From Bacteroidota bacterium (lineage in GTDB: Bacteria > Bacteroidota > Ignavibacteria > UBA10030 > UBA8401): a DNA stretch of 64,000 nt. Of this stretch, positions 1-9,780 are shown one piece after another. The stretch lies in assembly GCA_035505655.1 (NCBI GenBank), contig DATJQP010000085.1, positions 6,395-70,394 on the forward strand. The letters run 5' to 3'. The notes under the pieces were generated by a model. It saw only the letters and a program-made list of their open reading frames with translations, did no database searches and was not told where the DNA came from. The position numbers and the translations under genes are program-made. Each line of letters opens with the position of its first letter. Position 1 is the stretch's first letter.

Positions 1-3000
1 GAGCCGTCGACCTCCAGCGAGGCCGGCTGGACCCTTGACGGTGAGGCGGATCCGGTCTTGACAAGGGGGAGCACAATTTCGAATTTTGTTCCCCGCTCTT
101 TTGTGCTGTCGATTCGTATCCCTCCATGATGTCCCCGCGTGATGCCGAGTACCGCGGCGAGCCCAAGCCCGCGTCCGGTGAATTTTGTCGTAAAGAACGG
201 GTCGAAGATCCGCGCAAGGATTTCGGGTCTCATCCCGTGCCCTGTATCCTCAACCTGCAGGGAGGCATACTCTCCGGGTGGGAGGGGGCTGTTGGTGTAG
301 CGCCAGAATTCGGCGTCGCCTTCGGCGATTGCAACCTTTCCGGTGCGGACAGTGACGGTGCCGGGAGCCGCGTCAATCGCCTCCCCGGCGTTGATGATGA
401 GGTTCATGATGACCTGTTGAATCTGCCCGATGTCTCCGTGGACGATGAGGGGGCAGGATGTCAAATCATACTTCATCTCCGTCGTTTTTGGAACCGAGAG
501 ACCGAGAAACTGGGTGTTCTCCTCGACAAGCCGGTTGAGATCGAAGTCCTCCGACACGAACTTGCCTTTGCCGGAGTAGGCAAGAAGCTGGCGCGTGAGA
601 TCCGTCGCCCGCTCGGCGGCTTTGAGGGCTTTCGTGATGCTGTTCCCGGCGATGCTTTCCTTCGGCAGCTTCGCGAGAGCGAGGGAAGACTGGCCCATGA
701 TGACGTTGAGGAGGTTGTTGAAATCGTGGGCAATGCCTCCCGCGAGTGTTCCGATACTCTCGAGCTTCTGAGCGTGCCGCAGCGCTTCTTCCGATCTCTT
801 CCGTTCAGTGATGTCCTCTTTCACGGCCACAAAATTCGTTACGACTCCGTTCAAGTTCTGGACCGGGAAGATTGACGCGCTTTCCCAGTAAAGCTCGCCG
901 TTCTTTCTTTTGTTATGGAATTCTCCCTGCCAGTGACGTCCCGCCGTGATCGTTTCCCAGAGCTTCCGGTACTCTTCCTGCGTGGTTTCACCCGACTTTA
1001 CGATGTTCGGGTTCTTCCCCCTGGCCTCCTCGAAGGAGTAACCGCTGACGCGCATGAACTTGGGGTTGACATACTCGATAGAGCCTTTGGTGTCGGTGAT
1101 GACAATCGATGCGGGGCTCTGCTCGACGGCAAGGGAGAGTTTTCTCAGCTCCTCCTCCGCGCGACTGCGCTCGGTGATGTCGTGGATAATTGAAAAGAGG
1201 GCTTTCGATCCTTCGACGGTGATGGGAGATGAATGGACTTCCACCCTCCGCAACTCTCCGTTCGCGAGCCGGTGGGTGAAGAGGAAGTACGCTTGTTCTC
1301 CCGTGACGGCGCGGGCCCGCTCGCGATCGACTTCGTCGGTGTTGCCGGCATTGAGGGCATGAATCGCCATCGTGCGGAGCGCTTCCTGAGTGTAGCCATA
1401 GAACTTCTCCGCGGCTTTGTTGGCGTCCCTGATCCGTCCGGTGACCGGATCGATGAGGAGCATGACCGCATCATGCATCTCAAACATGTGATGGAATTGC
1501 TCTTCGCTTTGCCGGAGGGCTTCTTCGGCCTTCTTGTGCTCGGTGATATCCTGGACCATCCCCTGAACATACCGTTGTCCCCCGATTTCAAGCGAGGAGC
1601 CGGTCACGAGGGCAATGAATGTACTGCCGTTTTTCCGCACCAGGGTTTGTTCGCGATACGCGGGTCCCTCGGCAACTGCCACTCGCCGAAAAAGGTCCGG
1701 TGTCACGCGTGGGGGGAGGAGATCGGTGAGCCGCATGGTAAGGAGCTCTTCCTTTGAGTAACCCGTCATACGGCACAAGGCGGGATTCACCATGATGTAC
1801 CGGCCTTCAAGATCGGCGATGCCGATCCCTTCGTTGCTCTGTTCGACAGCGGCGCTGTAGCGAAGCTCGGTCTCCTTGAGCGCAGCCTGCGCGGCCTTCT
1901 TCTCTGTAATATCGCGGACGACAAGTTGAACGCCCGGATCTCTGCCGAAGGTTACACGCTGCGCTGTTACCTCCACGTCGACCACGGATCCGTCGAGGCG
2001 CACAAATTTCTCCTCCAGCATCGGAAGGGTAGCGCCCGTCCCGGAAATGTCTTTCATGCGTCCTGTTACCAGCTGGCGATAATCAGGATGCACGAATTCG
2101 ATGACAGATTTCCCGATCAATTGATCGGCGCTCGTTCCACGCATTAACTCCAGACACGCGCTGTTGGCGAAGACGATCTTTCCCTCGACGTAGATAGCGA
2201 TTGCCTCGGGGAATCCCTCGACAAGCTGCCGGTATTTGCTTTCGCTCTCGTGGAGGGCTTCCTCGGCCCGCTTTCTCTCGGTAATGTCCTGGATAAGTCC
2301 GTCATACGCCGTAATGACATCGTGGGCATTGCGATGAAGAACGAAAGTATTCCGCACCCATTTCACGGCGCCGTTCCTGTGCCTGATCCGGTGCTCGAGG
2401 GGAGGCGGGTTCTTGGCGGCCAGGATCTCTCGCGCCTGTTCCTCGACGGCGCCTCTGTCTTCCGGAAGGACCATCGTAAACCATAGAAATGCATCGCTCG
2501 CAAATTCCTCAGGATTGTATCCGGTGATGGCAAAACAACCGGGGCCATGGATCGTTTGGACCGCGCGTCCGTTTTCGACCCGAACAGTGTAGATGTAGTC
2601 GGTGATGGCTTCGGTGATCCGTTGATACCGCTCTTCGCTCTCCCGCAGGGCATTTTCCGCCCGCCATTGCTCGGTAATATCCCGGAGGATGACAAGATAG
2701 TGGAACTTTCCGCCCATCTCGAAACTCGTTAGCCTCACGTCCATATCAAACTCGGAGCCGTCTGCGCGCAATCCCCGGGCAATGTAGTGATCGGGTGATT
2801 CCATATGCCCGAGACGCCGGTTGACATACTCTCGAATTCGCGCGCGATCAGCGGGAGCGATGACGTTCGCGATCGGGGAGCCGATGAGGTCCGACGTGGA
2901 TTGGACACCAAAAAGCCGAACCGCCGCGGGATTACACATCTCCCACTTGCCATCGACATGCACGCCGATTGCATCGTGACTGTTTTCGAGGACTGCGCGG

Positions 3001-4709
3001 AGCTTGGCCTCCTGTTCCTTCAACGCCTCTTCGGCCTTCTTCCGTTCGGTGATGTCCGTGATGAAGCCGACGATCGCAGGTCCATCCTCCAGTTCGACGG
3101 TCGCGACCGCGACGTGGGCGGGGAATTCGGTCCCGTCGGCGCGAACCCCTCTCATCTCGTACTGAGGTTCTACGGTGAGGCCGAGCGACCTGCGTTCCGT
3201 TCTCTTCGCGCGATCCTCACGGGAGCTTTCGGCGAAGTAATCGTAGATCGATCGCCCCACTGCCTCCTCGGGACTCCGGAGCTTGAGCATCTCGGCGAAC
3301 TTCTTATTGGCGAACATTCCGACCTCCGCCCGCGAGACGATGATCGCGATGGGCGCATGCTCGATAAGAGTGCGGAACCGCGATTCGCTGCGTCGGAGGA
3401 GTTCCTCCGTCTTTCGCCGTTCCGTGATGTCGCGGATCGTCCCGCAGACGATGTCGATGTCGCGTTCATCGTCGTGCTGGAGCCTGGCGGATATCGCGCA
3501 TTCGATCTCCCCTCCGTCACTGTTCTTCAGTACGAGATCGTAGTCCGAGACACTGCCGGAGCGGCGCAGCGTGTCCAGAAGAAGCGCCCGATGGGAAGGA
3601 TCTGAGTAGAAGCCGGTGATCGACCGTCCGAGAACAGATTGCCGCGAGTATTTCCCCCTCGAGAGAGACTCGACCGAGGGGCTCATTTCAAGAATCGTTC
3701 CATCGAGGGCAGTTTCGAAGTAGACATCGTGGACGTTTTCGAAAATAGTCCTGAATTTCGCCTCGCTCTTTCTCAGCGCCTCGTGTCCGCGTTTGGTTTC
3801 GGTGACATTGCGGACGTGTGTGATAAAATAGAGCGGAAGATTGTCCTCGCCTCGGATGAGCGAGCTGGAGACTTCGGCCCATACGACCTCCCCCGTTTTG
3901 CTGACATACCTCTTTTCGAGGGTGATCTTGTCGGAGCCGAACCCCTGCTGTCTGAAGATCGAGTCGCTGCTGAGCTCTCTGTCGTCGCTATGAGTGATGT
4001 CGAACAACGTGACCCCCTCGAGCTCCCCCCGGGTATATCCCAGCATCTCTGCCAATGCGCGATTGACTTTGATCAAATGACCGTCGAGGCTGGTGATGGA
4101 CATGCCGATGTTGGCATTCTCAAAGGCGAGCCGAAAACGTTCTTCGCTGCCGTACAAGGCGGTGGGGAGGAGTCTAAACGATGTGACATATGCCGTGGAA
4201 ACTCCTCCGACGACGACTACGACCAGAATCCACGCGATGGGCGATCGGATGTACGAGACCGGATCGACGGCGGGGCTGAGAATACCCTTGCATGATAAGA
4301 ATCCCACAAGGGAAAGATAGACCACCAGCCCTCCCAGTGCCACGTATGATGCTTTCCGTCTCCCCAGGATCATCAGATAGAGAGGTATCATTGGGGCGAG
4401 GATGAGGCTCGCGGAGAGGAGCCCAAGCGTCGTGACCCCTGCGATAAACAAAAGTGCGAGGCCGCCGACCATGAGAAGCGCTGACGGTCCGGGGCCAATT
4501 CTCCCCTTGTTGAGCTGAAGGACGAGCGCGGCCCCGAAGAGAAATATATGTACCACCATCATGGGCTGGAACCCCATGCTCGGAATCCTTGCTAGCGAGA
4601 AGATCAGGTTGATGAGGAGGAGGGTGAGAAAGAGCGGGATGAGCCGGGAGGTAATCCTCTCCCTCAATGACTCGACCGAGATGCGCAATTCATGGGAATC
4701 GTTGGTCAC
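1..4709 (-). CDS. Multi-PAS/PAC membrane sensor histidine kinase, partial (C-terminus continues beyond the window start). It has N-terminal transmembrane segments, about nine PAS/PAC repeats, and HisKA + HATPase_c domains.
   Basis: Manual minus-strand translation gives a continuous frame. The N-terminus (GTG at 4709 or TTG at 4686) is hydrophobic (LIPLFLTLLLINLIFSLA..., LMVGGLALLFIAGVTT...). Repeated PAS linker motifs 'DITERKRAEEALRESEE(R/K)Y' recur about every 360-400 nt from ~4090 down to ~830. These are followed by the HisKA H-box 'GTLAGGIAHDFNNLL' and an HATPase region (NLIINAGEAI...DTGHGM...GRGLGLA). The frame is still open at position 1, which is why it is absent from the provided ORF track. 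The plus-strand ORFs 126-875, 2805-3605 and 3639-4295 are low-complexity antisense artefacts. Confidence 0.85.
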   Translation of the reverse strand, partial: MTNDSHELRISVESLRERITSRLIPLFLTLLLINLIFSLARIPSMGFQPMMVVHIFLFGAALVLQLNKGRIGPGPSALLMVGGLALLFIAGVTTLGLLSASLILAPMIPLYLMILGRRKASYVALGGLVVYLSLVGFLSCKGILSPAVDPVSYIRSPIAWILVVVVVGGVSTAYVTSFRLLPTALYGSEERFRLAFENANIGMSITSLDGHLIKVNRALAEMLGYTRGELEGVTLFDITHSDDRELSSDSIFRQQGFGSDKITLEKRYVSKTGEVVWAEVSSSLIRGEDNLPLYFITHVRNVTETKRGHEALRKSEAKFRTIFENVHDVYFETALDGTILEMSPSVESLSRGKYSRQSVLGRSITGFYSDPSHRALLLDTLRRSGSVSDYDLVLKNSDGGEIECAISARLQHDDERDIDIVCGTIRDITERRKTEELLRRSESRFRTLIEHAPIAIIVSRAEVGMFANKKFAEMLKLRSPEEAVGRSIYDYFAESSREDRAKRTERRSLGLTVEPQYEMRGVRADGTEFPAHVAVATVELEDGPAIVGFITDITERKKAEEALKEQEAKLRAVLENSHDAIGVHVDGKWEMCNPAAVRLFGVQSTSDLIGSPIANVIAPADRARIREYVNRRLGHMESPDHYIARGLRADGSEFDMDVRLTSFEMGGKFHYLVILRDITEQWRAENALRESEERYQRITEAITDYIYTVRVENGRAVQTIHGPGCFAITGYNPEEFASDAFLWFTMVLPEDRGAVEEQAREILAAKNPPPLEHRIRHRNGAVKWVRNTFVLHRNAHDVITAYDGLIQDITERKRAEEALHESESKYRQLVEGFPEAIAIYVEGKIVFANSACLELMRGTSADQLIGKSVIEFVHPDYRQLVTGRMKDISGTGATLPMLEEKFVRLDGSVVDVEVTAQRVTFGRDPGVQLVVRDITEKKAAQAALKETELRYSAAVEQSNEGIGIADLEGRYIMVNPALCRMTGYSKEELLTMRLTDLLPPRVTPDLFRRVAVAEGPAYREQTLVRKNGSTFIALVTGSSLEIGGQRYVQGMVQDITEHKKAEEALRQSEEQFHHMFEMHDAVMLLIDPVTGRIRDANKAAEKFYGYTQEALRTMAIHALNAGNTDEVDRERARAVTGEQAYFLFTHRLANGELRRVEVHSSPITVEGSKALFSIIHDITERSRAEEELRKLSLAVEQSPASIVITDTKGSIEYVNPKFMRVSGYSFEEARGKNPNIVKSGETTQEEYRKLWETITAGRHWQGEFHNKRKNGELYWESASIFPVQNLNGVVTNFVAVKEDITERKRSEEALRHAQKLESIGTLAGGIAHDFNNLLNVIMGQSSLALAKLPKESIAGNSITKALKAAERATDLTRQLLAYSGKGKFVSEDFDLNRLVEENTQFLGLSVPKTTEMKYDLTSCPLIVHGDIGQIQQVIMNLIINAGEAIDAAPGTVTVRTGKVAIAEGDAEFWRYTNSPLPPGEYASLQVEDTGHGMRPEILARIFDPFFTTKFTGRGLGLAAVLGITRGHHGGIRIDSTKERGTKFEIVLPLVKTGSASPSRVQPASLEVDG

Positions 4710-4912
4710 GCCGTTGCTCCTGGTTTGGTTTTTCGCTGATCAATCGCCCGTCTAAGGCCGCCCTTGCCGGTCAATTGCAGGAGATCATCCGACGCGCATG
4801 GCGCAGATGATTCCCGGGACACTCGCCGGAACTCCGCTTGAAAGGATTCTCCAATACGTATATCGGCAGTGCGATGAAACAAACTTAGCCGGTCTGCCAA
4901 GTCCTGGAAGGG

Positions 4913-4949
4913 CAAAAAAATAGCCTCCGTTACCGATCGCTTTGGAGGC
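4913..4949 (-). terminator. Intrinsic-terminator-like hairpin read on the minus strand: GCCTCC-N15-GGAGGC followed by UAUUUUUUUG. On the plus strand it is preceded by an A7 run, so it could act bidirectionally.
   Basis: The inverted repeat gcctcc (4923-4928) / ggaggc (4944-4949) is flanked by A7 (4914-4920). The reverse complement is GCCGCCTCCAAAGCGATCGGTAACGGAGGCTATTTTTTTG. It lies in a ~490-bp ORF-free region upstream of the histidine-kinase start. Confidence 0.35.
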
Positions 4950-5240
4950 GGCCAAATCCCCCCAGAGTCGTCCCGTCAGGAACCGTCCGCAACCTGAGGC
5001 CGGCCAATAGGAGTGCTTTGGGTGATGACTTTGTTGCAATAATTGTGCCTCATAAGTGGCCAATTTACCGAGATTTCCTGCCATCTCGTTACTGGAATTG
5101 AGAAGAGGAGCAGGTCCATTCTACCAGATGGCAAGATTGCAGACCTGAGGGAGTTGCACTTTCTCGCCTGACCGGAGTTCGAAGCGGAAAGTCGCCGAGG
5201 ATTGGTCTTTGATTCGAGAAGGGGGATTCATACCTTTCGA

Positions 5241-5711
5241 ATGACAAGCATGCAAAGACGACCTCTTTTGATTGTGGTATTTCTCACGGTTTGCTCCTTC
5301 GAGGTCATTCCAGGATCCGTACGAACACAGGACCGTTCCCCTTGGACAGAGTACGAAGGGAACTGGAGTTTCGCGTTCGCCGGTGCATTATCGGGAAGCG
5401 GGTCGATGGAGATCTCGCCGGAGGGGAGGATGAGCATTCACGTATCGTTTGGGAAGTACGACAAACTCTTTTCAAACCCGATCACACTTCAAATCTCCGG
5501 AGAGGGAAAACTGGAGGGGAGCATCACACTTCTCCATATCCCGATCGGGCAGGTCGTAGGGACCATTTCACCCTCGGGGACTCTTGTCGGGCGAGTGACG
5601 ACGCCTCTTTTCACCGTCGGGACGGTGAGCGGTGCGCTGACAGCGGATGCGGGTTCCGGCACATATCAGTCGGTTGCCGGCGCCGGAACATGGAGTTCCC
5701 GAAAGCAATGA
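5241..5711 (+). CDS. Hypothetical small secreted protein (Gly/Ser/Thr-rich, predicted beta-rich).
   Basis: The ORF 5202-5711 has a TTG start. The ATG at 5241/5250 gives a signal-peptide-like N-terminus MQRRPLLIVVFLTVCSFEVIPGS. No recognisable family. Confidence 0.35.
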   Translation: MTSMQRRPLLIVVFLTVCSFEVIPGSVRTQDRSPWTEYEGNWSFAFAGALSGSGSMEISPEGRMSIHVSFGKYDKLFSNPITLQISGEGKLEGSITLLHIPIGQVVGTISPSGTLVGRVTTPLFTVGTVSGALTADAGSGTYQSVAGAGTWSSRKQ

Positions 5712-5862
5712 TAGTCTGGCTGAATCGCCAATTCGTACGGGCAGAGGCTCCCTCGGCGACGTTTGCGCTCCCGGTGCAATCGGTAGGCGTTGCATCGTGT
5801 GCACCTGACCACTATATTATTCCGACAGATAAGTATTGCCACCCTCACATCTCCGGACGACT

Positions 5863-8800
5863 ATGACACGCACCTCACACCGCGGCCCGATGGGTCTGCT
5901 CATCCTGTTGCTCATTGTGCTGCCGTCGATCTCCAGTTCGGCGGCCCGGACCCACGGTACGAACTTTCTCCCGAGATATAGGCCGGGTATCCTCTTCGTA
6001 AAGTTCAAACCGACGGTGATCTCTTCCGGGGCGTCATCGATTCAGTCGACCAGCGCCTTTGCCCGCATCATGCAGAGATATTCGGTTCAAAAAACGGAAC
6101 AGCCTTTTCTCAAGGGAAATCCGGCCGGCGTCCCCGAGGAGTTTGCACGGATCTTCCAGCTGACCATTCCCCCATACTACAACATTGAAACGGCGCTGCG
6201 TGAGCTGAGGAGTGATCCCTCCATTGAATATGCGGAGCCCGACTACATCCGTCACGTCACAGACTTCACTCCGAACGACCCCCAATACTCAAATCAGGGG
6301 TATTTGTCGACCATTCAGGCGCAGAAGGCCTGGGATATCAGCAAAGGGGACACGACCGTCGTCATCGGAATCGTCGACACGGGGACCGACTACAATCACG
6401 AGGATCTTGCCGCAAACATCTGGACGAACCCGGGGGAGACCGGCCTTGACGCCCAGGGGCACGACAAACGGTTCAACGGTATCGATGATGATGGCAACGG
6501 TTTTGTCGACGATTGGCACGGATGGGATTTTGTGGGTGCGTCGACAACCGGCACCCCCGACAATGATCCGGCTCCCAAGGATGGTAATCCTCACGGGACA
6601 CATACCGCCGGGATCGCATCGGCGGCGACGAATAACGGGAAAGGGATCGCAAGCATCGGATTCAAGACGAAGATCATGATCACGAAGCATGGGGTCGATA
6701 CACCCGGGGACGACAACGTCTATTCCGCCTCGCTCGGGATTCTCTACTGCGTCAACAACGGGGCGAACATCGTGAGCTGCAGTTTCGGGGGTTCCGGCTG
6801 GTCAAACTTCGATCAGGATGTCATCAAATACGCCCTCGAGAAAAACGTGCTCGTCATTGCGGCGGCGGGGAACGGAGATTCGAACGAGCTCGGACTCAAC
6901 AACGACGTCGTGGCCAACTTTCCGTCGAACTATCCAGGTGTTCTTGCGGTGGGCGCAACGACGAACCAGGACAAGATCACGACCTACTCGAACTATGCCG
7001 CCCCCCCCACGGTGGGGGTCTTTGCCCCGGGGAACGACATTCTCAGTACCCTTCCGAATTCCACATACGGCTATTTTTCCGGAACCTCGATGTCGACGCC
7101 AATGGTTGCTGGACTCGCGGCACTCGTGAAGGCAAAGAATCCTGCATCGACTCCCTGGCAGATCATCACGCAACTCTGCGGCACCGCCGATCCGATCGAT
7201 GCCCTGAATCCCAGCCTCTCCGGGAAACTCGGGTATGGACGGATCAACGCCTACCGGGCGCTGACCGAGACGCCCGGAGCGCTTTCGCCGAGACTCACCC
7301 TTGCCTCGGTGGCGGTCGACGATGCATCCGGCGGGAACGGCAACAAGAAACTCGATCCGGGAGAGACGGTAAAGATCGTCGTCGGAATCGCGAATACGTG
7401 GGGGGATGCCGCCAATGTCAGCGCGACACTGTCGACCTCCCACTGGACTACCAGCGTCACCCAGTCCTCGGCGAGTTTCGGCACGATACCGGGTCTCTCG
7501 AACGTCGACGGATCGGTAGTGACGAATCAATCCGCCCCATTTCAGATATCGGTCTCGGCCGACGCTGTTCCCGCGATCGTTCCATTCTCCCTCACCGTCA
7601 CCGCGTCAGGAGGATATACGAAGACATTCTCCTTCAACCTGGCGATCAGCGGAACCGTCCTTGTGGTCGACGATGATGACGGCATCAACAATGTCGAGGG
7701 ATATACGACGAGCGCTCTTGATGCCATCGGCCTTTCTTGTGACGTGTGGGATCACTCAAAGTACGGGTCACCGAGCGCGGCGCTCATGAGCAGCTACAAC
7801 CTCGTCACCTGGTCGACCGAGTGGACCGTTCCGACGCTTGACTCGACCGACCGGGCCGCCGTGACGCAGTATCTCAATTCTGGGGGAAAGCTGTTCCTCT
7901 CCGGAGAGGAAAATGGCTGGGACCTCAACGCTCCCGACGGTCCCGAGTATGTCTCATCGGGAGGTGCGTCGAAAGTCTTCTATGAAACTTATCTCAGGTC
8001 GAAGTTTGTCGCGGATGACGCGCAGACCGCGAACATCGCCGGAGTGGTGAACGACTCGATCGGCGGCGGCCTCGCCTTCACAAGGAATCAGCCGGGGAGA
8101 GGCGACGGTCAGAATCCGGACGTTATCGACACACTCGGTGGATCGAAAGCCATCTTTCTCTATCCTGACGGACCATACGCCGGGCATGCGGCCGGTATTC
8201 GATATGCCGGATCGTACCGCCTGGTGAGCCTTTCGTTCGGCGGATTCGAGTCGATCACCGATTCTCTTTCGCGGGTGACAGTGATGGATCGCGTGGTGAG
8301 ATTTCTCACCCCATACTCTCTTGTCGTGGACAAACTCGGGGACACAGAAAACACGACCCTCCCTTACACCGTGACGGCGACGGCATCCTCCACACAAACG
8401 ATCCAGTCGGTCGACCTCTACTGGTATGCCAATGGGGTAACGCCGTACAAGAAGGTCCCGATGAGCGCGCAGGGAGGAGGGAAATACACTGCGTCGATTC
8501 CTGCACAGGTGGCGAATACGAACCTCTCCTATTTCGTCCTTGTTAAGACCGTGGGAGGGTTCCTGCCTCATCTTAACTATTCATTCCACGTTGGCCCGGA
8601 CCTTATCCCGCCGGTCATCACTCTACTGGATTCAATCCCTAATTCCCTCAATGCCACGGGACCGTTCCCCATTTCAGCGACGGTGGTTGATAATATCGGG
8701 GTCGACACCAACACCGTATTACTCAACTACGCCGTCAACGGCGGAACGGCTTCCACGATGAAGCTGAACCGGGTATCTGCGACGTCGGCCTTTTCGGGGT

Positions 8801-9690
8801 CGCTGACCTTCGCGAAGCCTCTCTTGAGCGGAGATGTCGTCACCTATTTCATCACTGCGGCCGACATTTCGGCGGCAAAAAATCAGGGACGGTATCCCGC
8901 CTCGGGGGCGCTGAGTTTCCAGGTGGGGAAGGAACTGCTGGACGATTTTGAGCACGGGTTGAATTCCAATTGGTCGTACGGTTCGTGGGGATTAAGCAGT
9001 TTCTACCACGCGACGGGGGAGCGGCACTCGATTACGGACAGCCCTTCGGGGCTCTATTCGCCGAACACCGACAACATCCTCGAGCGTCTGACGACGTACG
9101 ATCTCTCGACGAACTCAAAGGCCGAGCTTCAGTTCACCCTGAAGAAACTCATCGATCCCTCCGACACGCTTTACATCGAGGCCTCGAAAGACGGATCCTC
9201 GTGGGGGGCGGTTGCCGCAATGACCGGACTGGACCCGGCCGGAACCCCGGTTGCGCAATTCGTGAGACTGAATGGATTCGTCGGACCCGGGTCCCAGGCG
9301 ATCCATGTCCGTTTCAGAATGCACAGCGACGGCTCAGCCCAGGCGGACGGAGTCTATCTGGATGATATTACGATTGCGACCGACGGTCTCACTTCGGGCG
9401 TCCCCCAGGCAGAGACGGGCATTCCCACCGCCTACTCTCTCTCTCAGAATTTTCCGAATCCATTCAATCCTGGCACGACGGTCGAATATGCTCTTCCGAA
9501 GGCTTCGCCGGTGCGTCTGGTTCTGTATGACATTCTCGGCAGGAAGGTGAGGGTGTACGACGAGGGTTCACGTCCGCCCGGCCTCTATCATGTAGAGATC
9601 GACGGATCGGACCTTAGCTCGGGGATCTATTATTACACCCTGGTCGCCGGAAACTTTGTCGACACGAAGAAGATGATTCTATTGAAGTAA
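5863..9690 (+). CDS. Subtilisin-like serine protease (peptidase S8) with a large C-terminal extension and a T9SS C-terminal sorting domain.
   Basis: Signal peptide MTRTSHRGPMGLLILLLIVLP. S8 catalytic motifs are present: D 'GIVDTGTDYNHEDL', H 'HGTHTAGIASA', S 'GTSMSTPMVAGLAAL'. The C-terminus has the T9SS CTD 'LSQNFPNPFNPGTTVEYALP...LVLYDILGRKV...GIYYYTLVAGNFVDTKKMILLK'. The ATG at 5863 is preferred over the TTG at 5836. Confidence 0.9.
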   Translation: MTRTSHRGPMGLLILLLIVLPSISSSAARTHGTNFLPRYRPGILFVKFKPTVISSGASSIQSTSAFARIMQRYSVQKTEQPFLKGNPAGVPEEFARIFQLTIPPYYNIETALRELRSDPSIEYAEPDYIRHVTDFTPNDPQYSNQGYLSTIQAQKAWDISKGDTTVVIGIVDTGTDYNHEDLAANIWTNPGETGLDAQGHDKRFNGIDDDGNGFVDDWHGWDFVGASTTGTPDNDPAPKDGNPHGTHTAGIASAATNNGKGIASIGFKTKIMITKHGVDTPGDDNVYSASLGILYCVNNGANIVSCSFGGSGWSNFDQDVIKYALEKNVLVIAAAGNGDSNELGLNNDVVANFPSNYPGVLAVGATTNQDKITTYSNYAAPPTVGVFAPGNDILSTLPNSTYGYFSGTSMSTPMVAGLAALVKAKNPASTPWQIITQLCGTADPIDALNPSLSGKLGYGRINAYRALTETPGALSPRLTLASVAVDDASGGNGNKKLDPGETVKIVVGIANTWGDAANVSATLSTSHWTTSVTQSSASFGTIPGLSNVDGSVVTNQSAPFQISVSADAVPAIVPFSLTVTASGGYTKTFSFNLAISGTVLVVDDDDGINNVEGYTTSALDAIGLSCDVWDHSKYGSPSAALMSSYNLVTWSTEWTVPTLDSTDRAAVTQYLNSGGKLFLSGEENGWDLNAPDGPEYVSSGGASKVFYETYLRSKFVADDAQTANIAGVVNDSIGGGLAFTRNQPGRGDGQNPDVIDTLGGSKAIFLYPDGPYAGHAAGIRYAGSYRLVSLSFGGFESITDSLSRVTVMDRVVRFLTPYSLVVDKLGDTENTTLPYTVTATASSTQTIQSVDLYWYANGVTPYKKVPMSAQGGGKYTASIPAQVANTNLSYFVLVKTVGGFLPHLNYSFHVGPDLIPPVITLLDSIPNSLNATGPFPISATVVDNIGVDTNTVLLNYAVNGGTASTMKLNRVSATSAFSGSLTFAKPLLSGDVVTYFITAADISAAKNQGRYPASGALSFQVGKELLDDFEHGLNSNWSYGSWGLSSFYHATGERHSITDSPSGLYSPNTDNILERLTTYDLSTNSKAELQFTLKKLIDPSDTLYIEASKDGSSWGAVAAMTGLDPAGTPVAQFVRLNGFVGPGSQAIHVRFRMHSDGSAQADGVYLDDITIATDGLTSGVPQAETGIPTAYSLSQNFPNPFNPGTTVEYALPKASPVRLVLYDILGRKVRVYDEGSRPPGLYHVEIDGSDLSSGIYYYTLVAGNFVDTKKMILLK

Positions 9691-9702
9691 GAGTAGGTGC
9701 CC

Positions 9703-9742
9703 GGCCCGACGGAATAGGAAGCCTCTCCCTTTCCGTCGGGCC
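9703..9742. terminator. Bidirectional stem-loop between convergent genes: a 12-bp perfect stem GGCCCGACGGAA/TTCCGTCGGGCC with a 16-nt loop.
   Basis: Perfect inverted repeat 9703-9714 / 9731-9742, located between the S8 protease stop (9690) and the convergent minus-strand gene stop (9781). There is no clear U-tract. Confidence 0.5.
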
Positions 9743-9780
9743 GATCTGTCTTCGATCCTCAGCTCATTCCAACTTACTCC

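Noticed and set aside
126-4320. Plus-strand ORFs (126-875, 915-1193, 1233-1757, 2805-3605, 3639-4295 and others) listed in the track within the first 4.3 kb.
   Set aside because: Their translations are low-complexity and Arg/Gly/Asp-rich, typical of antisense frames in GC3-rich DNA. The opposite strand encodes a continuous, motif-rich PAS histidine kinase across the same interval.
5160-5200. The segment 'GCGGAAAGTCGCCGAGG', which superficially resembles the RNase P RNA P4 conserved region (GGAAAGUCCGGGC).
   Set aside because: Only a partial match (GUCGCC versus GUCCGG). No surrounding conserved RNase P elements (no 'ACAGAAACCCGGCUUA'-like region), and the region is too short. It overlaps the start of a candidate small CDS.
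4960-5200. A possible sigma-70-like promoter on the minus strand (TTGCCA ... TAGAAT) for a putative sRNA.
   Set aside because: The spacing between the hexamers is only ~5 nt, so it is not a plausible -35/-10 pair.
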